Positions 55,643 through 64,000 of a stretch of 64,000 nt of DNA are shown here, in pieces. The position numbers and the translations under genes are program-made. Origin of the DNA: Deferrisomatales bacterium (GTDB lineage Bacteria > Desulfobacterota > Deferrisomatia > Deferrisomatales > JARGFW01); the NCBI GenBank assembly GCA_029211085.1, contig JARGFW010000004.1, positions 971 to 64,970 of the forward strand, read 5' to 3'. Numbering within the stretch: position 1 is the stretch's first letter; each line of letters begins with the position of its first letter. The notes beneath the pieces were generated by a model, which was given only the letters and a program-made list of their open reading frames with translations, searched no databases and was not told the DNA's origin.

Positions 55643-56362
55643 TCAGGGTTCGGCGGCGAGGCGCAGGCCCAGGTGCGGGGTGTCCGGGGGCAGGTAGTGA
55701 ACGCGGCCCACGTATTTGTGCAGGATCGGACCGGGAGTGCGCGGGGTGCCCCATTCCTTGGCCCCGTACAGCCGGGCCTCCAGCCGGTCCGCCACCCCAT
55801 CGCCGGGGAACGCCAGTACCAACTGGGCGTAGGACCGGTGGGCGCGGGCCAGTTCGGCGAGATCGTCGAGAAGGCCGGGCAGGGCCGCCAGCATCGCGTC
55901 TTCCGGGGCGGCGGTTGCGGGCGCCGGGTAGCGGAGGAAGCGAACCCTGTCCTCCCCTGCGAGCCGCTCGCGCGGCGGCAGGGTGCCTGCCGCCGCCTGT
56001 GGAACCCACCGGTCCTGGTAGAGGGGTTTCGGAGCCGCCAGGGCGTTCACCCCCTGCGGGGTGGCCGCCACGAACACCACATGGTTCCAGTACTTGGTGC
56101 TCGCCACCGGCAGGGGCAAGGCGTCCCGCGCGGGCGGGCAGGCCTCGACCTTCAACCGCATCGGCTCTCCCCAGACTCGTCCTGCCTCCCTCTCCAACTC
56201 CGGGCCCAGTTGCATCAACTGCCCCTTGGACCAGCCGTCCTCGGACGTCCGCACGGTCAGCACCCCGCCGCGAACCCCCATGCTGCCGATCGCGTCCAGC
56301 CGGCGGGCCAGGTGGGGGGCGTAGCATCGCAGGTGCAGAATCAGATCGTTTGCGGTAGGCAT
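55643..56362 (-). CDS. hypothetical protein
   Basis: 239 aa ORF with protein-like composition, convergent with the upstream gene. No family recognised. Confidence 0.5.
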   Translation of the reverse strand: MPTANDLILHLRCYAPHLARRLDAIGSMGVRGGVLTVRTSEDGWSKGQLMQLGPELEREAGRVWGEPMRLKVEACPPARDALPLPVASTKYWNHVVFVAATPQGVNALAAPKPLYQDRWVPQAAAGTLPPRERLAGEDRVRFLRYPAPATAAPEDAMLAALPGLLDDLAELARAHRSYAQLVLAFPGDGVADRLEARLYGAKEWGTPRTPGPILHKYVGRVHYLPPDTPHLGLRLAAEP

Positions 56363-56391
56363 TTACGGTCTCCTTCCCCGCAGCGGGCAGG

Positions 56392-57132
56392 TCATTCCCT
56401 GGCTGGTGACCGGTGCAGTTCGTGGATCCACACCCCGTGCTCCCGGCCCCCGGCGGTGACCTCCTCCAGGTGCAGTTCACGGCACAGACCGTGTCGTTCC
56501 AGCACCTCCACCGATCCCTCGGCGATGGCCCGACCGGGTTCCGCCACCAGTGCCGTTCCTCCAGGGCGCAGCGCGCCCAACAGGGTGTCCAAGAACGGGT
56601 CCAGGAAGCGTCGCTCGTAGAGCACATCCGCAGCCAGCACCAGATCCGCAGCCAGGTCCGCGGGCGGGTCGCGCCAGTCCACCAGCCGGGTGCGACCGGG
56701 GCGGCCCAGGTTCAGGGCGTGGTTGGCCCGGGCGAACGCCAGGGCATCTTCCTCGAAGTCGGTGAACAGCACCCGGGCCCCGAGCTGCGCGGCGACCACT
56801 CCAACCAGGCCCGTGCCACAGCCCAGCTCCAGGGTTTCCACCCCGGGAAGGAGTCCTCTCCGGACCAGGAACTCCGCCAGGGCCAGGGACGCCGGCCACA
56901 GCTCGGCCCAGTAGGGGAAGCGCTCGTCGGCGCCGAACTCCTCGGGCCCCAGGCTGTCCGCCAGGGCGTTGGGGTCCGCCACCTGGAACAGCTCGAGAGC
57001 GAGGCTCCCCACCTGCACCCCACGGCGGTTGACGGCATAGCGGGGGGGAAGCAACGTTGTGGGATCGAGTGCGGGCACGGGGTTCACCTGGGGGCCGAAG
57101 GGTACGGGAGGTGCCGCGCCCGGGAAGAACAT
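56392..57132 (-). CDS. class I SAM-dependent methyltransferase (Methyltransf_16 / protein-lysine MTase-like)
   Basis: Contains YWAELWPASLALAEFL and the SAM motif I VETLELGCGTGLVGVVAA, plus LAADVLYE. Confidence 0.75.
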   Translation of the reverse strand: MFFPGAAPPVPFGPQVNPVPALDPTTLLPPRYAVNRRGVQVGSLALELFQVADPNALADSLGPEEFGADERFPYWAELWPASLALAEFLVRRGLLPGVETLELGCGTGLVGVVAAQLGARVLFTDFEEDALAFARANHALNLGRPGRTRLVDWRDPPADLAADLVLAADVLYERRFLDPFLDTLLGALRPGGTALVAEPGRAIAEGSVEVLERHGLCRELHLEEVTAGGREHGVWIHELHRSPARE

Positions 57133-57411
57133 CGGTTCTTCGGAGCGAAGCGGGGGGGTGCTTCACCGACGAGACCGTGCGGTCCTGGCTTCCGAAAAGG
57201 TTCACCGCGGGGCCGATGCCGTGGACACGGGCGGCAGCGGTCTCCCGGACCGCCACGGCGCCATGTGCCCCGTGGCGTCTCGGACCTGCGCAGGCGTGTT
57301 CCCGGGTGGGGCGGGTGAACGAGCAAGTGCCGGCTTCGGCGGGCAACCAGGAGAAGACCGCCTGCCGTCGGGTGCGTGACGGGGCGCCCCGGCCCGAGAT
57401 CAGCCGCCGGC

Positions 57412-59616
57412 CTAGTTGTCCGCCATGCCGACCACGTCCCGAAGGATGCCCAGCACCTGCTCCTCTTCCGCGGTCAATCCCAGGTTCGGGGGGGCGATCT
57501 CCCGGGCGGCGGCGTATACCTCCCGACGCTCTTCCCGTGACGGCAGCAGGTCCGCCAGGCCGGCCAGCGCCCACGGCCAGTCCGCTTCCAGCAGGCGCGC
57601 CTGTTCCCGGATCAGTCGCTGGAAGGCGGCCGGGGTGAGGCCTCGCAGGCGCGGGCTGGAGCGCACGATCTCCTGGGCCTTCTCGAACTGCCGCTTGTCG
57701 AGGCTGCGGTCGGCGACGGCCACCGCGAGCAGGGTGCGCACCAGCGCCTCGGCGAAGCCCCCGACGGAGAACTCCCAACGGCTCGGTTTCCGGGCTGGCG
57801 GGAGTTGTGGGGCACCCTCTTCCACCGTGTCTGCCGTGCCCAGAAACTGCTTCAGCCATGGGTTGCCGTACACGCACTGGAAGAGCAACTCCTGGGAGCG
57901 GTCACGGGCGTCCCGCCAGAGATTCCAGCCGGCCTGGACCGATTCCGAGAACACGGCTTCCAGTGCCAGATAGGGGTTGTCCGGCCGCACCGGCCGGCGC
58001 TGGGAGCGCACCCAGGGAGCCGCCCATTTCACGGGGGCGAGCAGGGGGTTGCGATCCGACAGGGCGTAGCGCTGCACCCGCAGGGGATGGAGCAAGCGTA
58101 GGGTCTCCGCCGTGGCCCCGTTCACGGCCAGGCGCACCCAGGGGCGCACCAGGGTGTGATAGGCCTGGTCGTTGAATCGCGATACCTGTGCCACCCGGGC
58201 GAACGCCTCTTCGTCCTCGAACCCGTCGTCGTTCTTGAGGAGGTCACCCATGTCCCGTTCTTCGAAACCCACCTGGTAGTCGTCCAGCCAGGGCTGACTC
58301 GGGTCCCCCTCGATCACCATCTCGTAGAGGCCCGGGGAGAGGTAGTCGAGCATCTCCAGACAGCCGATGATCTCCTTGTGCTCCTTCTTGGCCACGCTGC
58401 CGGAGACGAAGATGCCCAGGTGGCCGACGTCCTCGTGGACCATGTAGACGATGACCTGCCCGTGGCGCCTGATCTCCGCCACCGAGCCGTACACCTTCTT
58501 GATCCAGTTCAGGGCCTGGGGCGGGGGGGTTATGTTGTCTCCGTTGGAGGCGAACACCAAGATCGGGTCCTTGATGTTCTTGAGGTTGATCGGCTCCCCC
58601 GGGGCGAGTTCCAGTACCCCCTGCTCCAGGCTGTTGCCGATGAACAGGTTCTCGACGATGAAGTGAATCTCTGCGGCGTTCATCTTGTAGAACCCGCCCC
58701 ACCACTTCTCGAAGGTGAGGAAGCGCTCTGCCTCCGTGTCCACCTTGGTGTACAGGTGGTAGAGCTTGGTCCAGTGGGTGTTGGCGGGGTTGAGATCTTC
58801 GAACCCCGCCACCAGATTGGCGCCGTCGAAGGTGCCGTTGCCGAGATCGCACCACAGGGTGGTGAGCCAGGTGCCGCCGCACAGCCCGCCGCGGTAGCGC
58901 ATGGGGTTGGCGCCCTCGACCCCGCCCCAGTAGGACAGGGGCGAGCCGTTGAGCACCATGGGGCCGGTCACGTCCGGGCGGTCCGCTCCGATCAGCGCCG
59001 TGGCCCAACCGGCCTGGCAGTTGCCGATCACCGCCGGCCGGGGCGCATCGGGGTGGCGCCGGGCAACCTCTTCCAGGAAGCAGATCTCCGCCCGGTGGAC
59101 GTCGGCCAGGGTCTGGCCGGGTTCGGGCTCGGGGAAGAACATCACGAAGTAGACCGGGAAGTTGAAGTCCAGGGCCACGCCGATCTGCGAGTTGAACTTG
59201 GAGCCGCCGATGCCGGGCCCGTGCCCGGCCCGCGGGTCGATGATCACCAGCGGCCGCTGCCGGGGGTGCGGCTGGCTGCGGGCGTGCAGGCACTCGGCGC
59301 TGCGGTGCGGTTCCTGGTCATCCCGTGGCTGCTGCCGCCGGTCGTCTGCCGTGTCCCGGCGATCCAGGATGCGCAACAACGCGTAGTTCGCCGGCCGCTC
59401 GAAGGTGCGGGCATCCATCACCTCTTCGTACTCGAACACCAGCGCCGGCGGTTGGCCGGCCTCCAGGTGCTCCAGATAGCCGTTGCCCCGCTGGCGCAGC
59501 ACATCCCAGAACAGGACACTGCGCTGCCATTGATCGACCCAGTACTCTGCTGCATCCGCGATCCAGGGTGCTACCGGCAGAGCCGTAGCCGGACCGCCTG
59601 CGATTCTGATGGTCAT
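57412..59616 (-). CDS. DUF3141 domain-containing alpha/beta-hydrolase-like protein (PHA-locus associated); ORF extends to 59631
   Basis: Contains WQRSVLFWDVLRQRGNGYLEH, VIIDPRAGHGPGIGG, IGNCQAGW and FEKWWGGFY, all typical of DUF3141. Confidence 0.8.
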   Translation of the reverse strand: MTIRIAGGPATALPVAPWIADAAEYWVDQWQRSVLFWDVLRQRGNGYLEHLEAGQPPALVFEYEEVMDARTFERPANYALLRILDRRDTADDRRQQPRDDQEPHRSAECLHARSQPHPRQRPLVIIDPRAGHGPGIGGSKFNSQIGVALDFNFPVYFVMFFPEPEPGQTLADVHRAEICFLEEVARRHPDAPRPAVIGNCQAGWATALIGADRPDVTGPMVLNGSPLSYWGGVEGANPMRYRGGLCGGTWLTTLWCDLGNGTFDGANLVAGFEDLNPANTHWTKLYHLYTKVDTEAERFLTFEKWWGGFYKMNAAEIHFIVENLFIGNSLEQGVLELAPGEPINLKNIKDPILVFASNGDNITPPPQALNWIKKVYGSVAEIRRHGQVIVYMVHEDVGHLGIFVSGSVAKKEHKEIIGCLEMLDYLSPGLYEMVIEGDPSQPWLDDYQVGFEERDMGDLLKNDDGFEDEEAFARVAQVSRFNDQAYHTLVRPWVRLAVNGATAETLRLLHPLRVQRYALSDRNPLLAPVKWAAPWVRSQRRPVRPDNPYLALEAVFSESVQAGWNLWRDARDRSQELLFQCVYGNPWLKQFLGTADTVEEGAPQLPPARKPSRWEFSVGGFAEALVRTLLAVAVADRSLDKRQFEKAQEIVRSSPRLRGLTPAAFQRLIREQARLLEADWPWALAGLADLLPSREERREVYAAAREIAPPNLGLTAEEEQVLGILRDVVGMADN

Positions 59617-59864
59617 CCTTTCCCTCTCCATCGCCGGTTCCTTCGGCGGTAGTTGCCACAGTTTGGATGCATTCTAGGGGATTCGCAGCCCCATGTCTGC
59701 ATGGAGCTGCCGGCCCCCTGACCGAGGACAGCGTCTTCCGAGGGTGAACTCCTACTCCCCGCCCCGCCACCCCAGGATCACCGTCCGGGGGCGGGCCCGT
59801 TCCAGAAGAGCGGGTCGCCCCGGGGCCTGTTCTGTTCCCAGACGATAGGTCGTTGGTGTCAAAC

Positions 59865-60665
59865 TCAACCCCTTGAACCGATCCGCAGCCCGCCGTGGAT
59901 GTAGTACACGTCGCCAGCCATGGCCTCGTTGCGGAAGAGTTCCCCCACCAGGCTCGACACCTCCCGGGGCTCGATCAGGCGCCCCAACGGGACCTGGTCG
60001 AGGATCTTGGACAGGGCGTTCTGGTTCATGCTCGCCACCATCGGGGTGCCAACGAAGCCGGGCGCGATGGCCACGCAGCGGATCCGATCGGCGATCCCCC
60101 TGCGGAAAAACTCGGCCGTGAGCACTTTGGGCATGACGGCCATGGCCGCCTTGGAGCTCGAGTAGTTCAACTGCCCGGCGGCACCGAGGGAATTGACCGA
60201 CGACACTAAACAGACGAGCCCCTTGCACTTGTTGTTGATCATGCGCTCGACGCATTCCCTCACGGTGAGGAAGACGCCGGTGACGTTGACGTCGAGGACC
60301 TTCTGGAAGGCGCTGAGGCTCATCTTGCCGGTGACCATGCCCGTTTCCCGATCGGTGTTGACCAGGAGGGCGTCCTGGATGATCCCCGCGAACGGGGCGA
60401 CCAGATTGATGGCACCGAAGCGCTCGATGGCGTAGTCCGCAAGGTTGCCGCTATCCACCTCGGAGGTGACGTCGCAGCGGAACGTGGCCACCTCGCCGCC
60501 GAGGCCTTCCAGTTCCCTGCGCGCGGCCTCCAGGCCAGTCTCAGCCATGTCGGCCAGCACCACCCGCCCCTGGTTTTCCAGCCAGTACCGCGCGAGGGCC
60601 TTGCCGATTCCCCCGCTGCCTCCGGTGATCACAGCCACCGCATCCTTGATTTCCAACATCGACAT
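59865..60665 (-). CDS. SDR-family oxidoreductase (alternative start at 60659)
   Basis: Contains TGGSGGIGKA and the catalytic YSSSKAA (YxxxK). The ORF extension to 60824 is not protein-like. Confidence 0.85.
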   Translation of the reverse strand: MSMLEIKDAVAVITGGSGGIGKALARYWLENQGRVVLADMAETGLEAARRELEGLGGEVATFRCDVTSEVDSGNLADYAIERFGAINLVAPFAGIIQDALLVNTDRETGMVTGKMSLSAFQKVLDVNVTGVFLTVRECVERMINNKCKGLVCLVSSVNSLGAAGQLNYSSSKAAMAVMPKVLTAEFFRRGIADRIRCVAIAPGFVGTPMVASMNQNALSKILDQVPLGRLIEPREVSSLVGELFRNEAMAGDVYYIHGGLRIGSRG

Positions 60666-60932
60666 CCCCACCTTTCTGTGTTGGTGCTTGCCACCGAGCC
60701 GTGAGCTCTTCAGGGTTCCCAATTGCGCATTATGCTGCATGTGCGTGGGACCGGCAAGGGAATTGCTGCATCGCGGCAAGATGCTCCGGAACCGTTCCAA
60801 CGGCGCCATTCTCTGGCCATGCATTGTGCTTTGATGGCTGCAACGGGTAGACTAGAGCAGCCGTTCCAGCGCGCTGCAATGGCCCAGAGATTCTGCCGTG
60901 CAGCAAAAACGTGCGCCCACCGAGAGGATGCC

Positions 60933-61445
60933 ATGAGCGAGAACCGCCCCGGCCCCGTCACAATCAAGAAATACACCAACCGCAGGATGTACGACACCGC
61001 CAACAGCCGGTACGTGAACCTCGCGCAGATCGCCGCGATGATCAAGGAGGGGGTGGTCGTGGAGGTGGTGGACACCGCTACCGGAGAGGACCTAACCAAG
61101 GTCATCCTCACCCAGGTCATCCTGGAGGAGGAGAAGGGGCAGCGCAATCTCCTGCCCGTGGAGTTTCTCCACGAACTCATCAAATATGGCGAATCCACCT
61201 CCGGTGATTTCCTGCGGAGCTTTCTCTCCTCGGGGTTCGACGCCTACAAACAGGCCCAGGAACAGATGACCAGCACGTTCAAGAACTGGCTGCCTCCGGG
61301 ATGGCCTGGGAGCCAACCACCGCAGAATCCGCAAGCCCCGCGGGTCGACGAGGATGTTCTGGAGTTGAAGAAGCGCCTCGCAGATCTCGAAGCACGTTTG
61401 AATGCCAAGGCAGAAAAGAGCAGTAAAGCGGGACGTCACCGATGA
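60933..61445 (+). CDS. phaR: polyhydroxyalkanoate synthesis repressor PhaR
   Basis: IKKYTNRRMYDTANSRYVNLAQIAAMIKEGVVVEVVDTATGEDLTKVILTQVILEEE is the PHB_acc_N domain. Confidence 0.9.
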   Translation: MSENRPGPVTIKKYTNRRMYDTANSRYVNLAQIAAMIKEGVVVEVVDTATGEDLTKVILTQVILEEEKGQRNLLPVEFLHELIKYGESTSGDFLRSFLSSGFDAYKQAQEQMTSTFKNWLPPGWPGSQPPQNPQAPRVDEDVLELKKRLADLEARLNAKAEKSSKAGRHR

Positions 61446-61464
61446 TTTTGTTGCACCGCACCCC

Positions 61465-61505
61465 GGTGTCTCCCCTTCCGGGAGCAGGAGACACCTCGGG
61501 TTTCT
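61465..61505 (+). terminator. putative intrinsic terminator after phaR
   Basis: GGTGTCTCC-13 nt-GGAGACACC followed by TCGGGTTTCTGT (interrupted T run). Confidence 0.5.
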
Positions 61506-61544
61506 GTATGGATTTCAGTGAATTACGTTCTTGCAGGGTTTTTT

Positions 61545-61595
61545 TGCTGCATTGCACATTTTCCCCTTGACGCTGCAATGCAGCATGTTTATCCT
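61545..61595 (+). promoter_or_regulatory. phasin promoter with PhaR-operator-like TGCTGCAT repeats
   Basis: TTGACG (61567-61572), 17-nt spacer, TATCCT (61590-61595). The palindrome GCTGCAATGCAGC (61572-61584) fills the spacer. A second TGCTGCATTGCA starts at 61545. Confidence 0.55.
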
Positions 61596-61644
61596 TGCCT
61601 CCATGGTGAAGCGAGCCAAACTCTTTTCTTCGGAGGTACAAGAC

Positions 61645-61911
61645 ATGACCACCCAGACCAAGACCGCCAACGCCATCAACGATCAGGTGACCAAGCAGAT
61701 GGACCAGATGATCAACCTGGCCAGCAAGGGCTACGCCCAGGCAGAGAAGACCATGGACTTCTGGATGACACAGACCCAGGAGGCCATCAAGGAGAGCCAG
61801 AAGCTGTCCAAGGAGTGGATGAGTACCGGCAAGGCCATGAGTGACGAGTTCGTCAAGGCGTGCCAGGCCCAGGTCAAGGAAGCGACCAAGCTGTTCACGC
61901 CCGCTGCCTAA
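61645..61911 (+). CDS. phasin-like small PHA-granule protein
   Basis: 88 aa, amphipathic, K/Q/E/A-rich. GGAGG lies 8 nt before ATG 61645. It sits between phaR and phaE. Confidence 0.7.
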   Translation: MTTQTKTANAINDQVTKQMDQMINLASKGYAQAEKTMDFWMTQTQEAIKESQKLSKEWMSTGKAMSDEFVKACQAQVKEATKLFTPAA

Positions 61912-61932
61912 TCGGTGGTGGGGTGTTTGAGT

Positions 61933-61960
61933 AGAAGAGCCGGCACACGCCGGCTCTTCT
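61933..61960 (+). terminator. stem-loop terminator after the phasin gene
   Basis: AGAAGAGCCGGC-acac-GCCGGCTCTTCT, a 12-bp perfect stem with a weak U tract. Confidence 0.55.
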
Positions 61961-62078
61961 GCCTTGTACCCCAGGGGAAGCCTTGCTCCCGGCCCCCGTG
62001 GGGGTAGGATCGAGCCGAGCGCAGGGGCCGACCACTGTCGAGATCGCGAGAGGACTCCAGGCGAGAGGAGACGACGGC

Positions 62079-62546
62079 ATGGATACGAAACTATGGGATG
62101 CGTGGTTGGAATTTTCGTCCAACGCGATGAAGGGGGCTGAACAATCCCGCAAGGCGTTCGAGAGCATGGCCTCCGCCCCCTTCGGGCCGGCGGAGCTCAC
62201 CAAGTGGATGCACCAGTGGTATCCCAAGGGGGCCGCCAGCCCCAACGACCTGGCCGAGGTCGTCGAAACCTGGTGGAACACCCTGGGGGGGGTCCCCCGG
62301 CACCGCTACGAAGAGGCTCTCAAACAGAACGAGGAGCTGTGGAAACGGCTGCAGGAAGCCGAGGCCACGATTTCCAAACTGCGGGACCTCATGGTGCGGG
62401 ACGCTGCCGAGAAGACCTGCGAACAGGCCGAAGTCATGCTGGACGAATGGGAGAAGACCACCCGAAGCGTGATGGAGGGCCAGGCCGAGATCGCCCGGAA
62501 ATGGTCGGAGGGTCTTTTCGGGGTCAAGACGGACAAAGACAAATAG
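62079..62546 (+). CDS. hypothetical protein in the PHA locus (coiled-coil C-terminus)
   Basis: 155 aa. GAGAGGAG lies 8 nt before ATG 62079. Confidence 0.6.
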   Translation: MDTKLWDAWLEFSSNAMKGAEQSRKAFESMASAPFGPAELTKWMHQWYPKGAASPNDLAEVVETWWNTLGGVPRHRYEEALKQNEELWKRLQEAEATISKLRDLMVRDAAEKTCEQAEVMLDEWEKTTRSVMEGQAEIARKWSEGLFGVKTDKDK

Positions 62547-62602
62547 GCGTCGCAAAGCCCTCTTCACCCGCTGAGAATACGCACTCCGCAAGGGAGACGT
62601 CG

Positions 62603-64000
62603 ATGAACTGGACAGATCAGATGCAGCAGCTCATGCGCTCGTGGACCGAGGCGCAGCAGAAGATGGCGTCAGAGTGGACCACCGCCATCCACCAGGCCGG
62701 CGCGCCGGGCCAGGCGACGGCGGGGGATTGGGCCACCCAGTGGCGCGAACAGGCCGCTAGGAACTTTGAAACCTATCTGGGCACCGTGGGTGGGGTTCCC
62801 GGCTCGGTCGCCCAACGGATGTTCGCGGGCGCGCAGACCTACAACCAGTTCGTCGATTTCATCTCCGCGGCCCTGCGGGACATGGCGCCCAAGATGGAGT
62901 CGGGGGCAGATTGGGTCGCCGCTCTCAAGCAACACATGGACGCGCTGCAGGAAAAAATGAATGGCCAGCCTCACCTGTGGATGAAGCCGGAGTCGATGGC
63001 CGCCATGGGCGGGGACGCGTCCGAACTCTGGCGGCTCTTCCTCAGCCAGACCCAGGCCATGGCGGCCCCGTGGCTGGCCTCCCTCGGGCAATCGCGGGGC
63101 CATTTGGGCGAGGCCATGGGGGGCGACCACCGGGCCGTCATCCGCATGGCGAATCTGTTCACCGACACCTTCGAGTCCACCATGGGGAAGTTCCTGGGGG
63201 CCCCCGCCATCGGCTATTCCCGGGAGCATCAGGAGAAGCTGACCAAGACCTTCGAGGCCTGGGTCGACATGAAAAGGGCCGAGGTGGCGTTCAACACCGA
63301 ACTGACGGCCATCGGTTTTCGTGCCATGGGAGCCCTGGTCGACAGGCTCAAGGCCATGGCGAGCAAGGGAGAGAAGATCGAAAGCTCCCGCAAGCTCTTC
63401 GACCTGTGGGTGGAGGTCGCGGAAAAGACCTACTTCGAGGCGGCTTCCACCGAAGCCTTCGCCCAGACCCAGGCGGACCTCGTCAACGCCTCCATGCACC
63501 ACAAGGTCCATGAGAAGGTTCTGCTGGAGATCTTCTACAAGGCGGTTCACCTCCCCACCCGCCAAGAGATCGACGACGCCTACAAGCACATGCACGAACT
63601 GCGCAGCCAGGTGAAGAAGCTGACGAAGACGGCGGCTGCGTTGCAGGCGGAAGTGGCGTCGCTGACCGAGTCCCGGCACACCGCCCTGGCCGCCTCCCAG
63701 GCGACGGCGAAGGCCTTGTCCAGGTTGCAGTCGGAGGTAACGTCGCTGACCGAGTTCCGGAAGGCCACGCTGGCCGCTTCCCGGGCGACGGAGAAGGCCT
63801 CGGCCCGGTTGCAGTCGGAGGTGGCGTCGCTGGCCGAGTTCCGGAAGGCCACGCTGGCCGCCTCCCGGGCGAAGGGGAAGGCGTCGAATAGCCCCGCAGA
63901 CCCCGCGCATGCAGGGCCTGCGAGAAAGAAGACCGCCGCTGCGCCCAGGACGATTGTTCCGGACAAGGTGACCGCCGAACCGACCGGGAAGACCCCTGCG
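62603..64000 (+). CDS. phaE: class III PHA synthase subunit PhaE-like protein (3' end outside the window)
   Basis: This ORF is not in the supplied track because it has no stop in the window. AGGGAG lies 6 nt before ATG 62603. It contains a PhaE-type block LGAPAIGYSREHQEKLTKTFEAWVD, and the frame stays open to the window end. Confidence 0.7.
   Translation, partial: MNWTDQMQQLMRSWTEAQQKMASEWTTAIHQAGAPGQATAGDWATQWREQAARNFETYLGTVGGVPGSVAQRMFAGAQTYNQFVDFISAALRDMAPKMESGADWVAALKQHMDALQEKMNGQPHLWMKPESMAAMGGDASELWRLFLSQTQAMAAPWLASLGQSRGHLGEAMGGDHRAVIRMANLFTDTFESTMGKFLGAPAIGYSREHQEKLTKTFEAWVDMKRAEVAFNTELTAIGFRAMGALVDRLKAMASKGEKIESSRKLFDLWVEVAEKTYFEAASTEAFAQTQADLVNASMHHKVHEKVLLEIFYKAVHLPTRQEIDDAYKHMHELRSQVKKLTKTAAALQAEVASLTESRHTALAASQATAKALSRLQSEVTSLTEFRKATLAASRATEKASARLQSEVASLAEFRKATLAASRAKGKASNSPADPAHAGPARKKTAAAPRTIVPDKVTAEPTGKTPA
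63641..63892 (+). repeat. 3 x 84-nt in-frame tandem repeat inside phaE (28-aa units LQ[AS]EV[AT]SL[TA]E[SF]R...)
   Basis: Units start at 63641, 63725 and 63809 with an exact 84-nt period. Units 2 and 3 are nearly identical. Confidence 0.9.

Overview
High-GC bacterial chromosomal segment (GC judged by eye, not computed). Many long antisense ORFs in the track are GC artefacts. The window has five parts. (1) 1-6835 is a conserved core block, thrS-infC-rpmI-rplT-pheS-pheT-ihfA-MerR-tRNA-Pro(GGG). (2) 6787-23372 holds two tandem insertions at the 3' half of tRNA-Pro, bounded by three direct copies of the tRNA 3' end plus its terminator hairpin. Island 1 (~7.9 kb, all genes on the minus strand) encodes a P4-type integrase, AlpA, a zinc-ribbon/Toprim primase, a DUF3631 ATPase, a Nu1-like small terminase and an S49 protease. 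It has no large terminase, portal, capsid or tail genes, so it looks like a phage satellite (PICI/P4-like). It also has an iteron cluster and arm-type repeats. Island 2 (~8.6 kb) has no integrase and carries envelope cargo (MscS channel, DUF4105, glycine-zipper, Gmad2-domain and secreted proteins) plus a hydrolase gene broken by a 17-bp tandem duplication. (3) 23819-38232 is an anaerobe-type metabolic block. It contains a LivKHMGF-type ABC transporter interleaved with a three-subunit molybdenum enzyme resembling 4-hydroxybenzoyl-CoA reductase and a PaaK-like CoA ligase, followed by a flavodiiron protein, an NfnAB/SudAB-like pair and a cNMP-binding protein. (4) 38331-53981 is housekeeping: IMPase, HemN-like radical SAM, moaC, dksA, priA, dprA-smg-topA, and yggU-divIVA-yggT-proC-yggS-maf. 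(5) 54206-64000 begins with the most unusual item. This is a signal-peptide protein combining a degenerate 5'-nucleotidase fold with a tetrahaem cytochrome c. Its reading frame is interrupted only by an in-frame TGA followed by a hairpin that closely mimics the E. coli fdhF SECIS, making it a candidate selenoprotein that a standard ORF call truncates. The rest is a class III PHA locus (DUF3141, SDR, phaR, phasin, phaE) with repeated PhaR-operator-like TGCTGCAT motifs. Gene order and content suggest an anaerobic Deltaproteobacteria-like lineage, at low confidence. No rRNA and no CRISPR array were seen.
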